64,000 bases of DNA from an uncultured Acidobacteriota bacterium (GTDB lineage Bacteria; Acidobacteriota; Terriglobia; Terriglobales; Acidobacteriaceae). Below, one piece after another: positions 19,372-28,706 of the stretch. The position numbers and the translations under genes are program-made. Each line of letters opens with the position of its first letter. Within the stretch, counting starts at the first letter, position 1. The notes beneath the pieces are model-generated. The model searched no databases, had not been told where the DNA came from, and saw only the letters and a list, made by a program, of their open reading frames with translations. The stretch spans positions 1,990,449-2,054,448 of the forward strand of contig CAWBEC010000001.1 of the NCBI GenBank assembly GCA_963787715.1. Reading direction: 5' to 3'.

Positions 19372-20373
19372 GTGCGAGCCGCGGCCATAGCGCATTCGTA
19401 TGTGAAACAGAACGTTGTGGAACCTTTCTGCGACGATGCAAGGGTCAGCGTGTTTCGTGGCAACATGCTGGAGGCCAACGATCTACCCGATGTGGCCATT
19501 GTTTTTGGCGGCGACGGTGCGGTTCATCGCGTACTTGCTTCGCTGGCCTACAGCGAGACGCCTCTGCTGGTGGTTCCTGCCGGCGGCGCCAATGATTTCG
19601 CGCGTTGTATCGGCATCTCGAACCGGATCGAGGCATTGCGGGCATGGCGCCGCTACCTCGATCGCGGCGACAACGTACGTACGATCGATCTGGGCACGGT
19701 TCGCCCGATGGCCGATTCCGTGCCGGGCGAAACCGATCCCTTTGACTCCGCGACCTTCGCCGATGCCGAAGGCCGCATCGCCCTCCCGGAGACTCCGCTC
19801 GGTTCGGCCATCGCACGCCAGCAACTCCATCGCGCCGAGGAGAGCGTCGAAGATTCGCGCGTGGTTTACTTCAGCGGCATTGCCGGACTCGGCTTGGATG
19901 CCGAGACCAACCGGCGCGCGAATCTTATGCCGGGTTGGTTGCGCAGGCATGGCGGCTATATGCTTGCGGCGCTTAGAGCGCTGGCGGATTATGTTCCGCA
20001 GACTGTGCGCCTGCACAGCTATGACGCCTGCGGGCAGGAGACCTGTCTGTATGGCCCGGTACTGTTCGCCGCCATCGGCAACGCTCCTGAGTATGGGAGC
20101 GGTATGAAGATGCTGCCGCAGGCTCAACTGGATGATGGCCAGCTTGATCTCTGTTTTGTGCCGGCCATGCCCAGGAAGTTTGTCCTACGCCACTTTCATC
20201 GCATCTATTCTGGAACTCACCTGCTGGTGCCTAAGGTGCGGTATTTCCGTACCCGGCAGGTTTTCGTGGAGAGCGATGAACCGATTGCGATCTATGCCGA
20301 TGGCGAGTACCTGTGCCAGACGCCGGCAGAGATCTCGGCCTCTTCGAGGGCTTTGCGCGTCATCGTTCCATAG
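19372..20373 (+). CDS. Diacylglycerol/lipid kinase family protein (YegS/BmrU-like)
   Basis: VAIVFGGDGAVHRV and VVPAGGANDFAR are DAGK catalytic-domain motifs. Confidence 0.85.
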   Translation: MRAAAIAHSYVKQNVVEPFCDDARVSVFRGNMLEANDLPDVAIVFGGDGAVHRVLASLAYSETPLLVVPAGGANDFARCIGISNRIEALRAWRRYLDRGDNVRTIDLGTVRPMADSVPGETDPFDSATFADAEGRIALPETPLGSAIARQQLHRAEESVEDSRVVYFSGIAGLGLDAETNRRANLMPGWLRRHGGYMLAALRALADYVPQTVRLHSYDACGQETCLYGPVLFAAIGNAPEYGSGMKMLPQAQLDDGQLDLCFVPAMPRKFVLRHFHRIYSGTHLLVPKVRYFRTRQVFVESDEPIAIYADGEYLCQTPAEISASSRALRVIVP

Positions 20374-20547
20374 AGTTTCGAAGCAGAATTCCTAAGCAGC
20401 ACACACCTGGCGGTTACGGTGGCTGGCGCCTGTCAATTCCAGATTGCCTAATTCTCGGAATGGGCAGAGTGGCGCCGGTCAAAGCTCCCGTCCAGCTCTG
20501 CTTTTCTGATCACTTGCCTGCTCTGCCGTTTTATACTTGAGTCACTC

Positions 20548-21435
20548 ATGCCCAGCCCTGTAATCAATAATCCGCAGTCCCAAGCACCCCAGGACGAGAC
20601 GGCGCATGAAGTTTTGCCGACGCTGTTTGGGGATGGCTACGGGCTCTACGAAGTCCGCAAGGGTTCGTTTGTCTTCTCGTTTTTCCTGAACTCCGCCCTG
20701 ATTGCCCTGCTGGTGTGGGTGACCACCTGGACCGCGTCTCACGCCCCAGAAATCAAGAGAGTGGTTAGCACGTCGGTGGAGATCAGCCCGTACGTGCTGC
20801 CCCCGACCTCCAAGGACGTCTCCGGCGGCGGCGGCGGTGGCGGCTCGCACGATGTTCATCCCGCCTCGAAGGGGGCGTTGCCCAAGTTTGCCAAGACGCA
20901 GATAGCCCCTCCGACGGTGCTCCCCATGGAGCAGCCTAAATTGGCGGTTGCGCCCACGGTGGTGGTTCCTCCAGAGATTAAAATGCCCCAGGTCGGGCCG
21001 ATCGGCGATCCGATGGCGAAGCTTGCGGCGCCAGCCTCAAACGGCACGGGTACAGGCGGCGGAATCGGCAGCGGAACGGGAGGCGGAGTGGGATCGGGAC
21101 GCGGCCCTGGGGTAGGCCCGGGATGGGGCGGCGGTATAGGCGGCGGAGCTTACCACGTAGGCGGCGGCGTCCGCGCTCCGAAGCCGATCTTTAGCCCAGA
21201 GCCTGAGTTCAGCGAAGAGGCACGCAAGAACAAGTGGCAGGGAAATGTAGTGCTTCGCGTGATTGTTGGAAGCGATGGCAAGACCCACGAAGTCGCGGTG
21301 CTGCATTCGTTGGGAATGGGATTGGATGAGAAAGCGGTAGAGGCCGTACGTATGTGGCGCTTTGAGCCAGGGACAAAGGACGGCTCACCAGTTCCGGTGG
21401 AGATCAACGTGGAAGTGAACTTCCACCTGTACTAG
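20548..21435 (+). CDS. tonB: Energy transducer TonB
   Basis: N-terminal TM helix, Pro-rich and Gly-rich linkers, and a C-terminal TonB domain (GNVVLRVIVGSDGKTHEVAVLHSLGMGLDEKAVEAVRMWRFEPG). Confidence 0.85.
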   Translation: MPSPVINNPQSQAPQDETAHEVLPTLFGDGYGLYEVRKGSFVFSFFLNSALIALLVWVTTWTASHAPEIKRVVSTSVEISPYVLPPTSKDVSGGGGGGGSHDVHPASKGALPKFAKTQIAPPTVLPMEQPKLAVAPTVVVPPEIKMPQVGPIGDPMAKLAAPASNGTGTGGGIGSGTGGGVGSGRGPGVGPGWGGGIGGGAYHVGGGVRAPKPIFSPEPEFSEEARKNKWQGNVVLRVIVGSDGKTHEVAVLHSLGMGLDEKAVEAVRMWRFEPGTKDGSPVPVEINVEVNFHLY

Positions 21436-21489
21436 GACGACCTCTTTCCCGCCCGCGCGTGGTCCAGGGGACCGGCGGGTAAATCGGTT

Positions 21490-21565
21490 GCTGGTTGAAA
21501 AGCTTGGGACGGCGCGAGAGATTTGAGCGATACTGGGGTCCTTCGCTTGCGCTCAGGATGACCCC
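21490..21565 (+). repeat. ~75-bp intergenic repeat, family 1, copy b
   Basis: GCTGGTTGAAAAGCTTGGGACGGCGCGAGAGATTTGAGCGATACTGGGGTCCTTCGCTTGCGCTCAGGATGACCCC, just after the tonB stop. Confidence 0.65.
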
Positions 21566-21621
21566 TCCTCGAAATCAAAGCTTCGCTCAAAAGCTTCCCG
21601 CGCCCTGCATGTCTTGCTTAC

Positions 21622-21921
21622 CTAAAAACTAACTTTGCGGAAGGCCCGGGTTACGGGCTCGGCTTTGCGGCGCGCAGCCTCGGCAAACTCGTCGCGGCGC
21701 TCCCAGAAGTCGTTGGCACGATCGCTCATGTTTTCCACGGCATCACGGGCGTCTTCATACTTACGGCGCACGTCCTTGCGGAGCTGTCTGCCGGTTTTTG
21801 GGGTGAGGAACATCGCGGCAAGAGCACCGAAACCCATGCCAATTGCCAGACAACCTAATGCGGTCGTGAAAGTCCGCTGGCGGCGCGAAAACTCGTAGTT
21901 ACCAAAACGAAATTCTGCCAT
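21622..21921 (-). CDS. YtxH domain-containing protein
   Basis: 99-aa ORF with a TM helix followed by FLTPKTGRQLRKDVRRKYEDARD, a YtxH-like pattern. Confidence 0.7.
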   Translation of the reverse strand: MAEFRFGNYEFSRRQRTFTTALGCLAIGMGFGALAAMFLTPKTGRQLRKDVRRKYEDARDAVENMSDRANDFWERRDEFAEAARRKAEPVTRAFRKVSF

Positions 21922-21961
21922 ATAGAAGGGGTCCCTTTCGACATGCGTCTATCCGTTTAGG

Positions 21962-22591
21962 TTAGAGGGAAGATTTACGCGCGCTGTTGCCCGCTTCGAT
22001 CAGAACGCGACGGCCTTCGAGACGAAGATTTCCGCCAGCCACCAGCGCAATGGCTTCGCTGTACGCGAGGTGCTCCTGGGCGAGAATGCGCTCTGACAGC
22101 GTGTGCTCATCGTCGCGGGGCAGCACCGGCACCACCTTCTGCAAGACAATCGCACCGTGGTCCAGGTGCTCATCCACAAAATGTACGGTGCAGCCGCTGA
22201 ACTGGACACCGTATTCGAGCGCCTGCTTCTGCGCTTCAAGCCCGGGAAACGATGGCAGCAGCGAAGGATGGATGTTCAGAATCTTTCCCGCGAACTGCTG
22301 CACGAACCACGGCGAGAGCAGGCGCATGTATCCGGCAAGCACCACCAGCTCCACTCCGGCTTCGCCAAGAGCCGCAACGACGGCGCGGTCGTGCTCCTCG
22401 CGCTTAAAGCCTTTGCTGGGCAGCACCACGGTCTTGAGTCCGCGGGCCTTGGCCTCGGCGATGCCTGCGGCTTCGGGGCGGTTGCTGATCACGATGGCAA
22501 TCTCGGCGTCGAGTTTGCCGCTGGCGATGTTGTTGGCGATGGCAACAAAGTTGGAGCCGCGTCCGGAGAGAAGTATGCCGAGTCGAGTCAT
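21962..22591 (-). CDS. purN: Phosphoribosylglycinamide formyltransferase
   Basis: ILLSGRGSNF, NIHPSLLPSFPG and GCTVHFVDEHLDHG are present. Confidence 0.95.
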   Translation of the reverse strand: MTRLGILLSGRGSNFVAIANNIASGKLDAEIAIVISNRPEAAGIAEAKARGLKTVVLPSKGFKREEHDRAVVAALGEAGVELVVLAGYMRLLSPWFVQQFAGKILNIHPSLLPSFPGLEAQKQALEYGVQFSGCTVHFVDEHLDHGAIVLQKVVPVLPRDDEHTLSERILAQEHLAYSEAIALVAGGNLRLEGRRVLIEAGNSARKSSL

Positions 22592-22650
22592 TGAATTTCA
22601 GGATATAGCGCGGCACAGCTCGCGCTCAAGAACAGAAGAGAGAAAACTTT

Positions 22651-22740
22651 GGACCGCACCTTCGCCAAGGGCGGGCTTCGCCGCCGGGCACGCGCCAAAG
22701 GACGGCGCTCCGGCCGCGGGCCCCGGCGGATATGGGCCAC
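22651..22740 (+). repeat. MITE-like ~90-bp repeat, family 2 (degenerate left end)
   Basis: GGACCGCACCTTCGCCAAGGGCGGGCTTCGCCGCCGGGCACGCGCCAAAGGACGGCGCTCCGGCCGCGGGCCCCGGCGGATATGGGCCAC aligns along its length with 23352-23440 and 39441-39527. Confidence 0.7.
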
Positions 22741-22802
22741 TGAGGCATGCCTCGGGCATCGCGAGACTGCGCGGATCAATCTAGGCACCGGGAGGCTTCG
22801 GA

Positions 22803-23309
22803 ATGACCAGCAATCTGGAAAGCGTGGTTCGGCAGGAACTGATTGCGGCGCTGAAGGGCGGCAATGCCCACGCTCGCTTTGAAGATGTAGTGGCGGATTT
22901 TCCTGTACGGCTTCGCGGCGAAAGGCCGAAAGGTGAAAAAGGGAGCTTGCCCTACACGGCCTGGCAGCTGCTCGAGCACATTCGCCTGGCGCAAAACGAT
23001 ATTCTGCGCTTTTGCGATAACCAGGACGGCAGCTACCAGGGGTTGAAATTTCCCGACGATTACTGGCCCAAAGCCGCCGCGCCGCCCAGCGTTCAGGCAT
23101 GGGATCCATCTGTGGCCTCGGTGCTTTTGGATCGAGAGGCGATCATTCAGCTCGTGAGCGACGCTCGCCGCGAGCTCGCCGCCCCGTTTGCCTGGGGCGA
23201 TGGACAGAATCTCCTGCGCGAGGCGCTCCTTGTCGTTGACCACACCGGGTATCACGTCGGAGAGTTGGTGGCGCTTAGGCGTCTGCTTGGGATATGGCCC
23301 CCAAAGTGA
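22803..23309 (+). CDS. DinB family protein
   Basis: 168-aa ORF with a WQLLEHIRLAQ...DHTGYHVGELV pattern (DinB_2 four-helix bundle with His triad). Confidence 0.8.
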   Translation: MTSNLESVVRQELIAALKGGNAHARFEDVVADFPVRLRGERPKGEKGSLPYTAWQLLEHIRLAQNDILRFCDNQDGSYQGLKFPDDYWPKAAAPPSVQAWDPSVASVLLDREAIIQLVSDARRELAAPFAWGDGQNLLREALLVVDHTGYHVGELVALRRLLGIWPPK

Positions 23310-23318
23310 CTTTGTTGA

Positions 23319-23440
23319 ACCCATATTCGCCAACTGCGGGCTGTATTCCGACCCCACATTCGCCAAAGGAGGGCTTCGCTGCCGGGTACGCGCCAAAGGA
23401 CGGCGCTCCGGCCGCGGGCGCCCGGCGGATGTGGGCCACC
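23319..23440 (+). repeat. MITE-like repeat, family 2, with an extra duplicated left terminus
   Basis: ACCCATATTCGCCAACTG (23319-23336) is followed by the full unit CCCCACATTCGCCAAAGGAGGGCTTCGCTGCCGGGTACGCGCCAAAGGACGGCGCTCCGGCCGCGGGCGCCCGGCGGATGTGGGCCACC (23352-23440). The termini CCCACATTCGCC/GGCGGATGTGGG are inverted repeats. Confidence 0.75.
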
Positions 23441-23532
23441 TGTCGCCGACTGCGCGCTTCCGGGCAAAAAAAATCGCGGGCGGCTTTTGAATTCAGCCCA
23501 GCCCGCGATTCATCTTTCGATGCCTTGATGGT

Positions 23533-24603
23533 TTAGCTGTACTGCACCTTGCGCTCGCCTTTGACGATGCGGCCGATGGTGTATCCCTTTTCTCCGGCGC
23601 GGTCGAGGATCGTTTGCGCCTTTTTGAACTTCTTTGCTGGGACCACGAGGATCATGCCGATGCCCATGTTGAAGGTTCGCATCATCTCGGCGGGCTCGAT
23701 GTTTCCGATCTTCTGCATGTGCTCGAAGATGGGCAGTACGGGCCAGCTTCCCATCTCGACCAGCGCGCCGACGCCCTTGGGCAGCACGCGCGGCAGGTTT
23801 TCGGTGATGCCGCCGCCGGTGATGTGCGCCATGGCAGAGACGACGTCTCCGTCCACCATGCGGCGCACGATGGGCCAGTAGCTCTTGTGCTGCTTCATCA
23901 GTTCGGAGCCGACCTTGCCCTTCATTTCGTTGACATAGGTGTCCGGGGTGTAGCCGGCTACGGAGAACATCAGCTTACGGGCCAGCGAGTAGCCATTGGT
24001 GTGGAGGCCGGTGGAAGGCAGCCCGAGCAGAACGTCGCCCACCTGCACGTCTTTGCCGGTGATAATTTTTTCACGGTCCACGGCGCCCACGATGAACCCG
24101 GCCAGGTCGTACTCGCCGTCGGGATAGAAGCCGGGCATCTCGGCGGTTTCGCCGCCGATGAGGGCGCAACCATTGTGTTTGCAGGCCTCGGCGAGTCCGC
24201 TGATCACTTTTTCAGCGATCTCCAGCTCGAGCTTGCCCACCGCGAGGTAGTCCATGAAGAACAGCGGTGTGGCACCCTGCACGGCAATGTCGTTGACGCA
24301 GTGGTTCACCAGGTCTCCGCCTACGGTGTGATGCACGCCCATCTCAAAGGCAAGCTTCAGCTTGGTGCCTACGCCATCGACGCTGCTGACCAGGACGGGA
24401 TCGGCGAATTTCTTCTTATCCACCTGAAAGAGGCCGCCAAAGCCACCAATTTCGCTAAGGACACACTTGTTGAAGGTTCGGTGCGCCAGGTACTTGATGC
24501 GCTGCTTCGTGCGATTCGCCTGTTCGATGTCGACGCCTGCATCGGCGTAGGTCAGGCTCTTTTGTTCGGTCTGGTCAACCAAGATAGTCCGTCCGTGGAG
24601 CAA
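23533..24603 (-). CDS. purM: Phosphoribosylformylglycinamidine cyclo-ligase
   Basis: 356-aa ORF with SSVDGVGTKL and GGETAEMPG. Confidence 0.95.
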   Translation of the reverse strand: MLHGRTILVDQTEQKSLTYADAGVDIEQANRTKQRIKYLAHRTFNKCVLSEIGGFGGLFQVDKKKFADPVLVSSVDGVGTKLKLAFEMGVHHTVGGDLVNHCVNDIAVQGATPLFFMDYLAVGKLELEIAEKVISGLAEACKHNGCALIGGETAEMPGFYPDGEYDLAGFIVGAVDREKIITGKDVQVGDVLLGLPSTGLHTNGYSLARKLMFSVAGYTPDTYVNEMKGKVGSELMKQHKSYWPIVRRMVDGDVVSAMAHITGGGITENLPRVLPKGVGALVEMGSWPVLPIFEHMQKIGNIEPAEMMRTFNMGIGMILVVPAKKFKKAQTILDRAGEKGYTIGRIVKGERKVQYS

Positions 24604-24834
24604 ATTTTTCGAGGGTTTCGTGATTCAAGATTGTAGCATTTGCAGGCCGGAAGATGCGGGGATGCTGCATCCATTTCCGCGTTTCCGCCGCCCAGTGCAG
24701 CGGCATTCACGCTTCCTCGACTGATTATCAATAGGATGCCCAGGGTTGCCCCGGTACCCACCTTAACCACATAATGAAGAGGTAAGCCATTCTGCCCAAT
24801 TCCGCGTTCTTACCTGCGGCACAGACTGATACGG

Positions 24835-25236
24835 ATGGTTCGTTTGGATTGGATATTCGTTGTTTTCGGCGCGGTGGTCGCGTTCACGGGGGGCTGGATT
24901 CAACTCCACCCGGAGCGTGTCGTACCTGGTCACAGCGTTCCCGGTCAACCCGGTGAGGATGGGCCAGAGCAGTTCGTAAGCTGGCAAATCGACCCGGCCG
25001 CGCGTGTGCAGATCCGCGTGCTCGGCGCCTGCTTCCTCTTCATGGGAGTTTTTTTCGCGCTTCAGATGACGGTCGACCTTGTGGGGCGGCCATGGTGGAT
25101 CGGGACGCTGAGCGGGTTGGTCACATCGATCGCAGCCGTCACGCTGGTCCACGCCCGAGTCCGGCGCCAACAGCACCGGGGCCAGCGCATCCTTCAGCAA
25201 TCGCCCCTGCCTGGAAAGGTGCTCGAACTCCGCTAG
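24835..25236 (+). CDS. Hypothetical membrane protein (3 predicted TM helices)
   Basis: WIFVVFGAVVAFTGGWI, VLGACFLFMGVFFAL and IGTLSGLVTSIAAVTLV. I prefer it over the Arg-rich overlapping minus-strand ORF 24763-25362. Confidence 0.4.
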   Translation: MVRLDWIFVVFGAVVAFTGGWIQLHPERVVPGHSVPGQPGEDGPEQFVSWQIDPAARVQIRVLGACFLFMGVFFALQMTVDLVGRPWWIGTLSGLVTSIAAVTLVHARVRRQQHRGQRILQQSPLPGKVLELR

Positions 25237-25389
25237 AGGCGGGGTGTACTCAGCTCTCCGGAGTAGGCGGTATCGCCTCTTTTTTGCCGCGAATCCAATC
25301 TCGATTTCGTTTTTCCGATTTCCGTTCACCCAAAGTTCTGCCCGGTGTAGGATTCTGGGCATAGATACCGTGAACGGAAAGGTGCGCTC

Positions 25390-28134
25390 ATGAGTTCGAC
25401 CAGCAATGCTTCTGCCTCAAATGTCTCTCCCCTGGCCGATGAGTTTCGAGCGGATCGTCACCCACTCGATCCAATTTTTACGCCACGTAGCGTAGCTTTG
25501 GTCGGAGCCAGCGAGCGCGCCGGTTCGGTGGGCCGCACGGTGCTGTGGAATCTGATCAGCAACCCGTTTGGCGGGACGATCTATCCGGTCAATCCGAAGC
25601 GCGCCCACGTTCTCGGTATTCGGGCTTATGCATCGCTGCAGGCGCTGCCCGAGGTTCCCGACCTGGTGATCGTCTGTATCCCGGCCGAAGGCGTTCCTGC
25701 ACTGTTGCGCGAGTGTGTTGAACTGGGGGTTCCGAGCGCGATTGTCATCTCGGCCGGCTTCAAGGAAACTGGCGAACACGGCAAACAGCTTGAAGCAGAG
25801 ATCCTTCAGACGGTGCAGGGGCGGATGCGCATTATCGGCCCGAATTGTCTCGGCGTAATGAATCCGGTGGTGGGCCTGAATGCGACTTTTTCCAACGCGA
25901 TGGCGCGCCCCGGCAACGTCGCTTTTATCAGCCAGAGCGGCGCTTTGTGTACGGCGATCCTGGACTGGGCCAAAGGTGAAAACGTGGGCTTCAGCGGCTT
26001 CGTCTCCATCGGCTCGATGCTGGATGTGAACTGGGGCGACCTGATCGATTATTTCGGGAACGACCCGCGGACCCACTCCATTGTCATCTACATGGAATCC
26101 ATCGGAGACGCGAGTTCTTTTCTTTCCGCCGCCCGCGAAGTTTCGCTCTCCAAACCAATCATCGTGATCAAGGCGGGACGCACCGCGGCGGCGGCGAAAG
26201 CTGCGGCCTCGCACACCGGTTCGCTGACCGGCTCCGACGCAGTTCTGGACGCTGCCTTCCGGCGTGTCGGCGTGCTGCGCGTGAAGTCGATTGCAGAGAT
26301 CTTTTTTATGACCGAGGTGCTGGCCAAACAGCCGCGTCCCAGGGGCAACCGCCTGTGCATCGTCACCAACGCCGGAGGCCCGGGCGTGCTGGCCACGGAC
26401 GCGCTCATCAACGGCGGCGGCGAACTTGCCGAACTGTCGACGGAGGCACTCGCCGCCTATAACGCCATTCTTCCTCCCGCATGGAGCCACAACAATCCGG
26501 TGGACATCCTCGGCGACGCCGATCCCAAGCGCTACGCCAAGTCGGTGGAAATCGCCGGGAAAGATATCAACATCGACGGATTGCTGGTCATCATGACGCC
26601 GCAGGGAATGACCGCGCCTACGGAGATTGCCGAGCATCTGAAGCCTTATGGCCGCGGCCTCGGAAAACCGGTACTGGCCAGTTGGATGGGAGGGGAAGCG
26701 TCCGCCGCGGGCGCGGAGATACTCAATCGCGTGGGAGTTCCGAGTTTCAAATACCCCGATACCGCGGTGCGCGCCTTCAACTACATGTGGCGCTACTCCT
26801 ACAATCTGCGCGGGCTTTATGAGACTCCTTCGCCGGAGTCTACGGGCTTCCAGCCCAATCGCGCTGAGGCCTCGGAGATTCTCTCGACGGTGCGCAACAG
26901 CGGCCGCACGGTGATGACCGAGTCCGAATCGAAGAAGCTGCTTGCGTGTTACGGCATTCCCAGCGTCACTACCGAAATCGCCGAAAGCGAAGATGCCGCC
27001 GTCGAAGTTGCAGCCAAAATCGGATACCCTGTCGTCCTCAAGCTCCACTCCTTTACCGTCACGCATAAAAGCGACGTTGGCGGAGTCGTTCTCAACCTTG
27101 CCGATGCCGGGAGCGTGCGCCACGCCTTTCATAAAATCCGCGATTCGGTGGAAGCCAAAGTTGGACTCGGACATTTTCAGGGAGTGACGGTTCAGCCCTA
27201 CGCGGTGGAAGAGGGCTACGAACTCATCATCGGATCTTCGATTGATGCGCAGTTCGGCCCCGTACTGCTGTTTGGCACCGGAGGCCGGTTGGTACAGGTG
27301 TTCGAGGATCGCTCGCTGGCGTTGCCGCCGCTGAATACCACCCTGGCCCGCCGCATGATGGAGCAGACCCGTATTTACAAGGCGCTGAATGGAGAGCGCG
27401 GGCAGAGGTGCGTTGACCTGGCTGCGCTGGAAGAACTTATGGTTCGCTTCAGCGATCTTGTGATTGAGAATCCGGCGATCAAGGAGATCGACATTAACCC
27501 CGTGCTTGCCTGTGCGGAGCGGTTGGTCTCGCTCGATGCCCGAGTGGTGGTTCACGACCAGAGCGTGAAGGAAGATCAGCTCCCCCGCTCTGCCATTCGC
27601 CCGTACCCGTCGCGCTATGCCTCTGAGTGGAGGATGAAGGACGGCAACCCGATCATGATCCGCCCGATCCGGCCAGAGGACGAGCCGATGATCATCGAGT
27701 TCCACAAGCCGCTCAGCGAGCGCAGCGTGTACCTGCGTTACTTCCAGTTCCTGAAGTTGACGCAGCGCACCTCGCACGAGCGCCTCACCCGGATCTGCTT
27801 TATCGACTACGATCGCGAAATGGCGCTGGTGGCGGAGCACAAGAAAGCGGATGGCACAGGCGAAATCGTCGCGGTCGGCAGACTGAGCAAAATCCACGGC
27901 CGCCCACACGCCGAATTGGCGGCGATTGTGCAAGACCAGTTCCAAGGCAAGGGGCTGGGCGTCGAACTCTATCGCCGCCTCATCCAGGTTGCGCGCGATC
28001 AGCACCTGACCGAGGTACACTCCACCATATTGGGCGAAAACAGAGAGATGCAGAACCTGTGCAAGAAGCTGGGATTTCGCCTCAGCCCCCCCGACCTGGA
28101 GGACAATATTGTCGTTGCCCGACTCGCGCTGTAG
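25390..28134 (+). CDS. pat: Protein lysine acetyltransferase Pat-type (ADP-forming acyl-CoA synthetase-like domains + C-terminal GNAT)
   Basis: 914-aa ORF. The N-terminus has a CoA-binding/succinyl-CoA-synthetase-like flavodoxin and ATP-grasp architecture (VALVGASER..., ISQSGAL). The C-terminal GNAT carries [16 protein letters not shown]. Confidence 0.85.
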   Translation: MSSTSNASASNVSPLADEFRADRHPLDPIFTPRSVALVGASERAGSVGRTVLWNLISNPFGGTIYPVNPKRAHVLGIRAYASLQALPEVPDLVIVCIPAEGVPALLRECVELGVPSAIVISAGFKETGEHGKQLEAEILQTVQGRMRIIGPNCLGVMNPVVGLNATFSNAMARPGNVAFISQSGALCTAILDWAKGENVGFSGFVSIGSMLDVNWGDLIDYFGNDPRTHSIVIYMESIGDASSFLSAAREVSLSKPIIVIKAGRTAAAAKAAASHTGSLTGSDAVLDAAFRRVGVLRVKSIAEIFFMTEVLAKQPRPRGNRLCIVTNAGGPGVLATDALINGGGELAELSTEALAAYNAILPPAWSHNNPVDILGDADPKRYAKSVEIAGKDINIDGLLVIMTPQGMTAPTEIAEHLKPYGRGLGKPVLASWMGGEASAAGAEILNRVGVPSFKYPDTAVRAFNYMWRYSYNLRGLYETPSPESTGFQPNRAEASEILSTVRNSGRTVMTESESKKLLACYGIPSVTTEIAESEDAAVEVAAKIGYPVVLKLHSFTVTHKSDVGGVVLNLADAGSVRHAFHKIRDSVEAKVGLGHFQGVTVQPYAVEEGYELIIGSSIDAQFGPVLLFGTGGRLVQVFEDRSLALPPLNTTLARRMMEQTRIYKALNGERGQRCVDLAALEELMVRFSDLVIENPAIKEIDINPVLACAERLVSLDARVVVHDQSVKEDQLPRSAIRPYPSRYASEWRMKDGNPIMIRPIRPEDEPMIIEFHKPLSERSVYLRYFQFLKLTQRTSHERLTRICFIDYDREMALVAEHKKADGTGEIVAVGRLSKIHGRPHAELAAIVQDQFQGKGLGVELYRRLIQVARDQHLTEVHSTILGENREMQNLCKKLGFRLSPPDLEDNIVVARLAL

Positions 28135-28203
28135 TGGTGATGCAGGTAAGCGGTAAGAGAGACTCGGGTGAACACGATTTACGCCAGCGATTGAAGTTCG
28201 TTG

Positions 28204-28428
28204 CTAGATCCGCCCCTTGCGAACTCGCCACCACGCGTAGGAAAAAAAGAGCGCAAGTACCCAGGAGATTACGACGAAGAGCTTGCGTACCCATCCAGCC
28301 GAAAGCCCTTGTATAAGGCCCACACTTCCGGAGATGGCGGCGATCCACCACAGCAGCGACACAAATCCAAAACGGCGCCGTGCCGCAGCAACCGTTTGTG
28401 GGTCCATGTTCTTTTCGTCTTCCGTCAT
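28204..28428 (-). CDS. Small hypothetical membrane protein (2 TM)
   Basis: 74-aa ORF with FGFVSLLWWIAAISGSVGLI and LFVVISWVLALFFSYAWW. No other support. Confidence 0.35.
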   Translation of the reverse strand: MTEDEKNMDPQTVAAARRRFGFVSLLWWIAAISGSVGLIQGLSAGWVRKLFVVISWVLALFFSYAWWRVRKGRI

Positions 28429-28651
28429 ACATCACCTCTGGGGAATCCCGGATGCGCGTACAAACCTTCGCAGGCAATTCTCTCATGCAATCGGAGGAAT
28501 GCCGGTGGCTGCGAAAGATCGAATTCCTGATTTATGAAACGCTTACGCTGGGCTCGTCAGAATATTAGGGTGGTTCCCCAGAAGGTGTACACCGTCAAAG
28601 GCAGTTCGAGGCAGAAGAGACTCTGGGGCGGCATTGCAGATTTGGGCGGTG

Positions 28652-28684
28652 CGGGGATTCCTCGCTGCGCTCGGAATGACAACC
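28652..28684 (-). repeat. GTCATTCCGAGC...GAGGAATCC REP-like unit (reverse orientation)
   Basis: CGGGGATTCCTCGCTGCGCTCGGAATGACAACC is the reverse complement of the unit at 10498-10528. Confidence 0.5.
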
Positions 28685-28706
28685 TAAAGGCGAGAGCAGT
28701 ATCGGG

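Noticed and set aside
20815-21160. Gly-rich, GGC-repetitive DNA inside tonB considered as a tandem repeat element.
   Set aside because: It is in-frame low-complexity coding sequence (GGGGGGG and GTGTGGGIGSGTGGGVGSGRGPGVGPGWGGGIGGG), typical of TonB linker regions.
22588-23490. ORFs overlapping the family-2 repeats and antisense to DinB (22588-23109 -, 22776-23396 -, 23188-23490 +, 23252-23467 -, also 39127-39594 -). They share peptides such as GPHPPGARGRSAVLWRVPG.
   Set aside because: The shared 'protein' similarity is just translation of the ~90-bp DNA repeat. There are no start signals, and the ORFs overlap better-supported genes.
24763-25362. 199-aa minus-strand ORF overlapping the 133-aa plus-strand membrane ORF.
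   Set aside because: It is Arg/Pro-rich with no hydrophobic core or motifs. The plus-strand ORF has three clean TM helices. Neither is strongly supported, so only the plus-strand ORF is reported, at low confidence.
25417-28020. 867-aa minus-strand ORF antisense to the pat gene. Similar long antisense ORFs include 5840-7030 (-), 23614-24636 (+), 36332-38206 (-), 39628-40866 (-) and 57993-59150 (+).
   Set aside because: Their translations are Arg/Ala/Gly-rich with no recognisable motifs. Each lies exactly opposite a gene with clear family signatures. Long stop-free antisense frames are expected in GC-rich DNA.
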